64,000 bases of DNA from Crocinitomicaceae bacterium (GTDB taxonomy: Bacteria > Bacteroidota > Bacteroidia > Flavobacteriales_D > Crocinitomicaceae), in assembly GCA_002709305.1 (NCBI GenBank), contig PAQM01000012.1, positions 90,701 to 154,700 on the forward strand, read 5' to 3'. Shown one piece after another: positions 56,791 to 64,000 of the stretch. The position numbers and the translations under genes are program-made. Every line of letters starts with the position of its first letter. The first letter of the stretch is position 1. The notes below the pieces were generated by a model. That model had not been told where the DNA came from and searched no databases. It was given only the letters and a program-made list of their open reading frames with translations.

Positions 56791-57459
56791 ATGTTGAATG
56801 ATAATGAATTTAAGAAATACGCAACCAAGCATCTTGGAATAAACAGTATGCATTTGGATAGCTATATTGAGTCATCAGTAACTCCATATATAATTGAAGA
56901 AAGACAAATGAACATGACTCAAATGGATGTCTTTTCTCGTCTAATGATGGATAGAATTATTTTTTTAGGAACAGGTATAAATGATCAAGTAGCTAACATA
57001 ATTAATGCACAATTATTATTTCTAGAATCAGTTGACTCAAAAAAAGATATTCAAATATATTTAAATTCACCAGGAGGATCTGTTTATGCAGGTTTAGGGA
57101 TTTATGACACGATGCAATACATAAATCCTGATGTAGCAACAATTTGTACAGGTATGGCTGCATCTATGGGTGCTGTACTTTTATGTGCAGGTGCAGAAGG
57201 AAAACGTTCTGCACTAAAACATTCTAGAGTTATGATACATCAACCATTAGGTGGTGCCTCAGGTCAAGCTTCAGATATTGAAATCACTGCTCGTGAAATT
57301 CAAAAATTAAAAAAAGAGCTTTACAATATTATTGCTACACATTCAAAACAAAAATATGATAAAGTTTGGAAAGACTCAGATCGTGACTATTGGATGACAT
57401 CTGAGGAAGCAAAAAAATATGGTATGGTTGACGAAATTTTGCTTCGAAACCCTAAGTAA
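56791..57459 (+). CDS. clpP: ATP-dependent Clp protease proteolytic subunit
   Basis: 'RIIFLGTGINDQVAN', 'INSPGGSVYAGLGIYDTMQ', 'GMAASMGAVLL' (active-site Ser), 'MIHQPLGG'. Confidence 0.95.
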   Translation: MLNDNEFKKYATKHLGINSMHLDSYIESSVTPYIIEERQMNMTQMDVFSRLMMDRIIFLGTGINDQVANIINAQLLFLESVDSKKDIQIYLNSPGGSVYAGLGIYDTMQYINPDVATICTGMAASMGAVLLCAGAEGKRSALKHSRVMIHQPLGGASGQASDIEITAREIQKLKKELYNIIATHSKQKYDKVWKDSDRDYWMTSEEAKKYGMVDEILLRNPK

Positions 57460-57513
57460 ATTATTTGTTTAGCAGAATATTAAAATCTCAAATAGAATTT
57501 ATTTAAAAATAAT

Positions 57514-58731
57514 ATGACTAAAAAAGAAGCTAATTGTTCCTTTTGTGGTAAACCAAAAGAAGATGTATCAATTTTAATTGCGGGTATTTCAGGTCATATC
57601 TGTGAAAATTGTATTAATCAAGCACATTCAATAGTTGAGCAAGAAAACATTAATGAAGAAGTTGAAGATATAATAAATATTTTAAAGCCTGCGGAAATTA
57701 AATCAATGTTAGATGAATATGTAATAGATCAAGATGAAGCTAAAAAAGTTCTTGCTGTTGCAGTATATAATCACTACAAAAGATTAAATCAAAATTCTAT
57801 TAAAGATGAAATTGAGATTGAAAAATCTAATGTTATTTTAGTTGGTAGAACTGGTACTGGAAAAACATTATTAGCTAAAACAATTGCTAAAATGTTAAAT
57901 GTTCCATTTTGCATTGCCGATGCTACTGTTTTAACTGAAGCAGGTTATGTTGGAGAAGATGTAGAAAGTATTTTATCTCGGCTATTACAAGCATCTGACT
58001 TTAATGTTTCAGCAGCAGAAAGAGGAATTATTTTTATTGATGAAATTGATAAAATTGCAAGGAAAAGTAATAATCCATCGATTACTAGAGATGTTTCTGG
58101 TGAAGGTGTTCAACAAGCATTATTGAAGTTATTAGAAGGGACTACAGTAAATGTCCCGCCACAAGGAGGACGAAAACATCCTGAACAAAAAATGATTCAA
58201 ATAAACACAAAAAACATTCTTTTTATTTGTGGAGGTGCATTTGATAATATTGAACAAATAATTGCAAATAGAGTCAATCATCAAACAATTGGTTTCTCAT
58301 CTCAAGATGGAGAATCTATTGACAAAGAATCTTTATTAAGATACATTAATCCAACAGACATCAAAACTTTTGGACTAATTCCAGAATTAATTGGTAGATT
58401 TCCAGTTCTATCATACTTAATTCCTTTAAAAGCTGAAGCTCTTAGAAGAATTTTAACAGAACCTAAAAATGCACTAATAAAACAATATATACGTCTATTT
58501 GAAATTGATGGAATTGATTTAAAAATCGATTCTAGTGTTTTAGATTTTATAGTTGATAAAGCAATTGAATTTAAATTAGGTGCTCGTGGTTTAAGATCTA
58601 TTTGTGAAGCAATATTAAACGAAGCAATGTATAATCTTCCATCTAAAAAAGTCAAACACTTTAAACTAACTAAAGAGTACGCAGAAACACAATTTTCAAC
58701 CTCAAAATTAGCAAAATTAAAAGTTGCATAA
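57514..58731 (+). CDS. clpX: ATP-dependent Clp protease ATP-binding subunit ClpX
   Basis: Zn finger 'CSFCGK...CENC', Walker A '[11 protein letters not shown]', '[10 protein letters not shown]', 'GARGLRS'. Confidence 0.96.
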   Translation: MTKKEANCSFCGKPKEDVSILIAGISGHICENCINQAHSIVEQENINEEVEDIINILKPAEIKSMLDEYVIDQDEAKKVLAVAVYNHYKRLNQNSIKDEIEIEKSNVILVGRTGTGKTLLAKTIAKMLNVPFCIADATVLTEAGYVGEDVESILSRLLQASDFNVSAAERGIIFIDEIDKIARKSNNPSITRDVSGEGVQQALLKLLEGTTVNVPPQGGRKHPEQKMIQINTKNILFICGGAFDNIEQIIANRVNHQTIGFSSQDGESIDKESLLRYINPTDIKTFGLIPELIGRFPVLSYLIPLKAEALRRILTEPKNALIKQYIRLFEIDGIDLKIDSSVLDFIVDKAIEFKLGARGLRSICEAILNEAMYNLPSKKVKHFKLTKEYAETQFSTSKLAKLKVA

Positions 58732-58749
58732 AACGCTGCTTATTTCAAT

Positions 58750-59418
58750 TTAACTAATTTTGAATTTACAATATTTAATCTTTGCTCCTTTTTTGGTAAA
58801 AATTTTTTCATAATGTGTTTTTATATTTAAAATTTCACCCATTACTCCATTAATCTGATTTATATAGTCTCCATAAAGATCCCATGTCAAGGACAAACAT
58901 TTATATGGAGCTGATTTTATTTGTTGTTCAGTATATTCAAATAATAAATCGCTATCTGTCTTCATATGTATAATACCACCCTCTTTTAAAATTTTTTTAT
59001 ATCGATTAATAAAAATAGGTGATGTTAAACGTTTATTGTTTTTTTTAGGTTGAGGATCAGAAAAAGTTAACCAAATCTCATCTACTTCATTTTCTTCAAA
59101 ACAACACTCAATAAAATCAATTTTTGTCCTTAAAAAAGCAATGTTTTTAACCTTTTGATCTATTGCTTGTTTAGCACCAACAAACATTCTTGCTCCTTTA
59201 ATGTCAATACCAATAAAATTCTTTTTTGGAAAATAATGTGCCATACCAATAGAATACTCTCCTTTACCGCACCCAAGCTCTAATACAATAGGATTATTAT
59301 TCTTAAAAAAATGTGTGCGCCATTTACCTTTAAATAAACAATCTTCTTTAAGGATAGGTTCAATAAAATTATCAAACTCTTTGACTGCTTTAAATCTTCT
59401 AATCTTATCTTTTCCCAT
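58750..59418 (-). CDS. trmB: tRNA (guanine46-N7)-methyltransferase
   Basis: 'VLELGCGKGEYSIGMA', 'NFIGIDIKG', 'EIWLTFSDPQPKK' TrmB motifs. Confidence 0.9.
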   Translation of the reverse strand: MGKDKIRRFKAVKEFDNFIEPILKEDCLFKGKWRTHFFKNNNPIVLELGCGKGEYSIGMAHYFPKKNFIGIDIKGARMFVGAKQAIDQKVKNIAFLRTKIDFIECCFEENEVDEIWLTFSDPQPKKNNKRLTSPIFINRYKKILKEGGIIHMKTDSDLLFEYTEQQIKSAPYKCLSLTWDLYGDYINQINGVMGEILNIKTHYEKIFTKKGAKIKYCKFKIS

Positions 59419-59437
59419 TTTTCAAATCCTTAACCTA

Positions 59438-60232
59438 TTAAATTTGGGTAAATTCAATATGATAACTTGTATGTTTTCTAATATTTAAAACTTCTCCACC
59501 CTCAAAAATTAAGTATTGTCCCTTTATACCAATAAGTAAACCTTCGATTACAGGTGTTTTATCAAAAGAAAGACTCTTTACTTTATTGGGATACTTATTT
59601 ACAGGATAATTAATTTCTGTTATATTATCATCTGAAGAAAAAGATTCAATAATATCTATAGGTAAATGTTCCTCTAAAGACCATTTTTCTTCTTCTAAAT
59701 CTACACTATGATCTAATTCGTTCTTTAACATACGTTGCCAATTAGTTTTATCGGTAAAAAAATCCTTTAATGCTACTTCTATTCTACCGGCGTGAAAACG
59801 ATTTTTAGTTTCTGCTAATTTAATTGCAAAAGAAGCACCTTGATCAATCCAACGTACAGGAATCTGGTCTGACCTAGTTACACCTACTTTAACCGCACTT
59901 GATAAAGCCAAATATACTATATGTGGTATATTATGATTTTTCTGCTCCCATTCTGGATCTCTTCCTTCCCCCAAATGTGCACGACACAATTCTGGACGCA
60001 AAATACATTCTGAAGCTTGAGGAGATTTAACAAAACAATTATAACAGAACCCTTGACCAAAAGACTTTTTTGTCAATCTACCACAAACCAAACAATTAAT
60101 TCTTCCATTCCATTCTAAACGAATTTGTGTTCCAATAAATGAATTCATTGGAATAAGCTCATCTAAAGCTAAAGTATATTGAACTTTAGATTCAAGTTGA
60201 ACACTCATTTTTCGTAAATTCCCCTTAATCAT
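59438..60232 (-). CDS. DUF2797-like protein with a Cys4 zinc-ribbon motif
   Basis: 'CLVCGRLTKKSFGQGFCYNCF' plus 'CILRPELC'; 264 aa. The start abuts the gldC stop with 0 nt between them. Confidence 0.7.
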   Translation of the reverse strand: MIKGNLRKMSVQLESKVQYTLALDELIPMNSFIGTQIRLEWNGRINCLVCGRLTKKSFGQGFCYNCFVKSPQASECILRPELCRAHLGEGRDPEWEQKNHNIPHIVYLALSSAVKVGVTRSDQIPVRWIDQGASFAIKLAETKNRFHAGRIEVALKDFFTDKTNWQRMLKNELDHSVDLEEEKWSLEEHLPIDIIESFSSDDNITEINYPVNKYPNKVKSLSFDKTPVIEGLLIGIKGQYLIFEGGEVLNIRKHTSYHIEFTQI

Positions 60233-60580
60233 CTATTTTTCAGGTAAAATTTCCATTTTCTCAGCAAAGTGATAACAATAATCTCTTAAATCGTCACAAA
60301 TACGATTTTCTCCTGTCGCTTTTTCAAATGAATCAGCCATAGTCAAAAGTGTTTGATGAAAAAATTGTTTCATCTCTTCAACAGACATGTCTTTTGTCCA
60401 AAGATCAATCTTCATAGTGTTTTTTTGAACATGGTCCCACATTGATAATATAAATGCTTTTGCTGGTGAATCTATAATATCACCATCTTCAGCACTCCAT
60501 TTAATGCCAACAGGTAAATTATTTATATCAAGTCCAACATTGACTTTAATCTCAGATGATTTTACAATTTTATGCTCCAT
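60233..60580 (-). CDS. gldC: Gliding motility-associated protein GldC
   Basis: ~115-aa soluble protein 2 nt downstream of gldB, matching the conserved gldB-gldC arrangement. 'IKWSAEDG' and 'MKIDLWTKDM' resemble GldC (from memory). Confidence 0.78.
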   Translation of the reverse strand: MEHKIVKSSEIKVNVGLDINNLPVGIKWSAEDGDIIDSPAKAFILSMWDHVQKNTMKIDLWTKDMSVEEMKQFFHQTLLTMADSFEKATGENRICDDLRDYCYHFAEKMEILPEK

Positions 60581-60582
60581 AA

Positions 60583-61593
60583 TTATTTTTCTATTTTAAA
60601 TGCTTGAAGTATTTCATTATAAGATAAATCTAACATATCTAACAACTTTATTTCGTGACTATTCATATAATTATTTACCATACGATACCCCAAAAATTGA
60701 CCTAATCTGTCCGGACTATCTCGGTCTGGTATACCAGTTGTATAGGGTCCTGCTAAAATCATATTAGCAATTATTTTTTCATCCGTTTTAAATAACAACT
60801 CCTGATCAACTAAATATTTCCAATACCGAAATTCATTATCTAGAGCCCATTGATAATCTTCTTTTGAATATCGAAGTATTATGCTAGGATGAAAATCAGG
60901 ATAAGCTGCTTGAGTCAAATATAACACCTTCCCATAATGTATTATTTGTTCTACTAGAGACCCATTCACAGAATCAAAATAGTGTGTTTGGATCCAGCTA
61001 TTAATAACGTCTCTTTCAAGATAACAATGATCCATTTCTTCTTTCATCCAATTATAATATGATGGAGGTAAATTTTTAATTATACGATTAGAATCTCCAA
61101 GAAAGCATTCCAAACCAACAGCTATTTCATTCTTTGTAGAGAAAACATTCGCTCGAAATATACTATTTAAAAAAACAATGTTTTTAGGTACCTTCTCATT
61201 TGGAAAATGGAACTTCAAATGACGAAATCCGTCTGTTATAATATCTTTATATTTTGAAAGATCTGAAAATTGAGAACTAATATCAGACTCCAATTGATTT
61301 ATTAAAGTATCACCTCGATACTTAATAATACTATTATAGAATATCGTATCATCTACATCACCTATTCCTAAACAATCAGTAATTTGAAAATGATAAATTT
61401 CTTTCATCTGATTTTTAAAAAACTGATGCTTTTTCATTAATACTATAGAATCCGAATTAAAAATAACATCATCCATGTTAGTATAATTAATGTTAACGTT
61501 AATATTAGATGTATTTACTTTAAGACGATTATACTGACAAGAACCAATATGGAAAGTAATAATTATTAATATTAAGCTATTTCTTAGAATCAT
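60583..61593 (-). CDS. gldB: Gliding motility lipoprotein GldB
   Basis: Lipobox 'FHIGSC|QYN'; 336 aa. It is followed by gldC and sits divergent to nadE, as I recall for F. johnsoniae. Confidence 0.8.
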   Translation of the reverse strand: MILRNSLILIIITFHIGSCQYNRLKVNTSNINVNINYTNMDDVIFNSDSIVLMKKHQFFKNQMKEIYHFQITDCLGIGDVDDTIFYNSIIKYRGDTLINQLESDISSQFSDLSKYKDIITDGFRHLKFHFPNEKVPKNIVFLNSIFRANVFSTKNEIAVGLECFLGDSNRIIKNLPPSYYNWMKEEMDHCYLERDVINSWIQTHYFDSVNGSLVEQIIHYGKVLYLTQAAYPDFHPSIILRYSKEDYQWALDNEFRYWKYLVDQELLFKTDEKIIANMILAGPYTTGIPDRDSPDRLGQFLGYRMVNNYMNSHEIKLLDMLDLSYNEILQAFKIEK

Positions 61594-61649
61594 TTATATT
61601 CTTTAATTTCGTATTTAAATTTAGTTAAAATATAGGATTTATAATTCAC

Positions 61650-61683
61650 AAAAAAGGAAAACGAACTAATACGTTCACTTTTC
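61650..61683 (-). other. Terminator-like hairpin with U6 in the gldB 5' region (attenuator or sRNA 3' end candidate)
   Basis: On the minus strand: GAAAA-GT-GAAC-GTATTA-GTTC-G-TTTTC, then C, then TTTTTT. It lies about 57 nt upstream of the gldB ATG and downstream of a TATGTTTG -7 motif at 61729-61736. Confidence 0.35.
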
Positions 61684-61774
61684 GCATTAAATAATAAAAC
61701 TGAAGATAATTTATTGACAAATAAGAACCAAACATAAAAATAGTTCCAAATAAAAGTTTAAATATTACTCTAAG

Positions 61775-62551
61775 TTGAAAACTAAAAAAATCACGAAATA
61801 TATTATTAATTGGCTAAATAATTATTGTAAAAAAAATAACTTATCCGGTTTTATAGTTGGTATTTCAGGAGGAATAGACTCTGCCTTAACATCAACATTA
61901 TGTGCAATGACTAATAAAAAAGTGATTTTAGTGAGTATGCCAATTCGTCAAAATAAAACGGAATATAAAAGAGCAATTAAACATATTGATACTTTAGAAA
62001 AACATCATAAAAATGTTAGCTCTTATGATATTGATTTATCAAATGCCTTCCTTGAAATAGAAAAAGTAATGCCTTTTGATATATCAAAGAACAATTTAGC
62101 TATGGCAAATTCTAGATCTCGTTTACGAATGACTACATTATATTCATTAGCTCAAGCAAATAATTGTCTTGTAGTAGGTACAGGAAATAAAGTTGAAGAC
62201 TTTGGAATTGGTTTCTTTACTAAATATGGTGATGGTGGAGTTGATATAAGTCCAATTGCTGATTTGAATAAAACAACAGTATGGGAAATCGCTAAAGAAT
62301 TAAATATTATTGAAGAAATAATTTTAGCATCACCAACAGATGGTTTATGGGATGATAACAGAACTGATGAAGAACAAATAGGAGCATCATATAAAGAATT
62401 AGAGTGGGCAATGGAATATAAAGATGATGAAACTAATATAAACAAAAGAGAAAAAGAAGTGCTTAAAATATATAAAAAATTAAATAAAATGAATGAGCAT
62501 AAAATTAAACCAATTCCTATTTGTATAATTCCAGAAAAATTAAAAAAATAA
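61775..62551 (+). CDS. nadE: NH3-dependent NAD+ synthetase
   Basis: PP-loop 'VGISGGIDSALTS', 'NSRSRLRMTTLY', 'GTGNKVEDFGIGFFTKYGDGG'. Apparent TTG start, with no in-frame ATG upstream. Confidence 0.9.
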   Translation: MKTKKITKYIINWLNNYCKKNNLSGFIVGISGGIDSALTSTLCAMTNKKVILVSMPIRQNKTEYKRAIKHIDTLEKHHKNVSSYDIDLSNAFLEIEKVMPFDISKNNLAMANSRSRLRMTTLYSLAQANNCLVVGTGNKVEDFGIGFFTKYGDGGVDISPIADLNKTTVWEIAKELNIIEEIILASPTDGLWDDNRTDEEQIGASYKELEWAMEYKDDETNINKREKEVLKIYKKLNKMNEHKIKPIPICIIPEKLKK

Positions 62552-62552
62552 T

Positions 62553-62873
62553 TTACGATTCAGGGGCCAAACGTAAAACTATACCATTAATAGATTCTTC
62601 AAGTGGTATTTGACAAGCTAAACGACTATTATCTTCAACAAAAAAAGCTTGATCTAACATATCTAGTTCATCATCACTTTGTTCATTTAATTTAGTGTCT
62701 GATTCAAGGTAACATTGACATGTAGCACACATCGCCATTCCGCCACATTCACCTAAAACAGGAAGCTCGTATGCTTTACAAAGCTCCATAATATTCATAT
62801 TCATATCTGTAGGACCAATTAATTCATGAGATAACCCATTTCGATCAATAATTGTTACTTTAATATCTGACAT
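62553..62873 (-). CDS. 2Fe-2S ferredoxin (adrenodoxin/putidaredoxin type)
   Basis: 'CGGMAMCATCQC' (C-X5-C-X2-C) plus the distal 'RLACQ' Cys; 106 aa. Confidence 0.88.
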   Translation of the reverse strand: MSDIKVTIIDRNGLSHELIGPTDMNMNIMELCKAYELPVLGECGGMAMCATCQCYLESDTKLNEQSDDELDMLDQAFFVEDNSRLACQIPLEESINGIVLRLAPES

Positions 62874-62902
62874 TTTATTTATATTAAATCAAAAATAAGT
62901 AA

Positions 62903-63331
62903 TCAATTATAAATACGTAATGATTGATTTCCATCCCACACTGCTTGATATGATCTTAAACCATATTCAGAATTAGAAATTGGAGAACCGTCGTAAAGAG
63001 AAAAGACAGCATTATAACAGGTATCGTTTAATTGTAAATAATTATCTTCATCAGGGAATAATGGAGTTGGACAATCACCGTTTATATCAGCTGGAGAGTG
63101 TCGATCAAACGCAACAAAATCATTAATACCTCGACGATAAACAATTATACCTCTTGAGCCACCATTAACATAGGCCCAGCCACTAACCCCATTTAAGTCT
63201 GAATAACTAGGTAGAGTCAAGTTAATTGAAAAATCAAATGGAATATTAGGTACAGGATGATTTGAATTCTTATTACAACCTATTAATAAAATTATCAAAA
63301 TCAAAAGTATATGTATCTTCATTAAATTCAC
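62903..63331 (-). CDS. Lipoprotein of unknown function
   Basis: Lipobox 'LLIGC|NKN'; 142 aa; 29 nt upstream of the ferredoxin gene on the same strand. Confidence 0.65.
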   Translation of the reverse strand: MNLMKIHILLILIILLIGCNKNSNHPVPNIPFDFSINLTLPSYSDLNGVSGWAYVNGGSRGIIVYRRGINDFVAFDRHSPADINGDCPTPLFPDEDNYLQLNDTCYNAVFSLYDGSPISNSEYGLRSYQAVWDGNQSLRIYN

Positions 63332-63452
63332 GGTACTTATAAAATAACTTATAATGTAAATTTATTAAGTTTAAAACGATTTACACAATAGTTTTATTAC
63401 AAAATAATCCTAAATTATATGAGTTTCAATAAAAAAAACTCAAAATTTATAC

Positions 63453-64000
63453 TCATTTTAATTTTTGAAGATTATCTGTTGTTTCTTCCCAAATCAACAT
63501 CTGATTATCTAACTCTAATTTTAGCTTATCATAAGCTAAAATAAGTTTTTTTGCTTCGGAAGTAGAATAATCTAAACTAATCATTTTTTTATTCATATTA
63601 GAAATTTCTATTTCTATTTCTTCAATCTTTTTTTCAGATCGATTAACTTGATTTTGAAGTTTATTCTTTAAACGTTTGATCTCTTTTTTTTGCTCATAAG
63701 ATGATATACCTGATTTCTTATTCTCTAGATTTTTTTTTGAATTAATATTTAAAATTGGATTAATTAACTCTAATTTACGTTTTAAAAAATTCTTAACATC
63801 AAAATGATGCACTTTAAGCATTTTATCTTCAATATCCCAAATTCGATTTGTCAGACCATCTAGAAACTCTCTATCGTGAGAAACTACAATAAAAGTACCT
63901 TCATAATTTTTTAAAGCACTTTTAAGAACTTCTTTAGATTGAATATCTAAATGGTTAGTAGGTTCATCAAGAATTAAAAAATTTGAAGGACTCAACAGCA
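63453..64000 (-). CDS. ABC-F family ATPase, C-terminal part (the gene continues beyond the window end)
   Basis: Walker B 'FLILDEPTNHLD', H-loop 'VVSHDREFL', then a Lys/Glu-rich coiled-coil tail. The frame is open to nt 64000. Confidence 0.85.
   Translation of the reverse strand, partial: LLSPSNFLILDEPTNHLDIQSKEVLKSALKNYEGTFIVVSHDREFLDGLTNRIWDIEDKMLKVHHFDVKNFLKRKLELINPILNINSKKNLENKKSGISSYEQKKEIKRLKNKLQNQVNRSEKKIEEIEIEISNMNKKMISLDYSTSEAKKLILAYDKLKLELDNQMLIWEETTDNLQKLK

Noticed and set aside
63419-63456. A short inverted repeat (GAGTTT-N9-AAACTC, with outer ATGAGT/ACTCAT) after the ABC-F gene stop.
   Set aside because: The 6-bp stem has a 9-nt loop and no proper U-run on the minus strand, so it is not convincing as a terminator.
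1-64000. I searched by eye for CRISPR arrays, IS elements, transposases, integrases, prophage genes, toxin-antitoxin pairs, restriction-modification genes and known defence systems.
   Set aside because: I saw no regularly spaced repeats, no transposase or recombinase motifs (DDE, Tyr or Ser recombinase), and no terminal inverted repeats flanking any block. The window looks like core chromosome.

Overview
The window is a low-GC, very gene-dense chromosomal segment that reads as Bacteroidota (Flavobacteriia-like). Support for this: the gliding-motility genes gldE-gldD and gldB-gldC, two proteins with T9SS C-terminal sorting domains, TAnnTTTG -7 promoter motifs, no Shine-Dalgarno signals, and '..AQ|' or '..SQ|' signal-peptide cleavage sites. 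About 67 protein genes and one tRNA-Leu(UAG) are supported. Most are housekeeping: priA, rpoD, htpG, pyrE, birA, rsfS, ftsH, cdsA, xth, tgt, rsmG, tilS, typA, tig, ruvC, pyrC, rng, recX, HU, mutY, ssb, folK, clpPX, trmB and nadE. There is also an RND efflux operon. I saw no CRISPR array, transposase, integrase, prophage or recognisable defence genes. The block that stands out is 12733-19525 on the minus strand. It holds seven tightly packed genes that all encode exported proteins with no family I can name. They form two paralogous modules, with a promoter motif upstream, a terminator downstream and an internal hairpin between the modules. Secondary observations are a 29-aa hyper-basic ORF missing from the ORF track, an OB-fold-like DUF3127 protein ending in the SSB tip DDDLPF, an RND pump with two extra TM helices, and a terminator-like hairpin in the gldB leader. 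All calls come from reading the sequence and ORF track and from remembered motifs. No database search was run.
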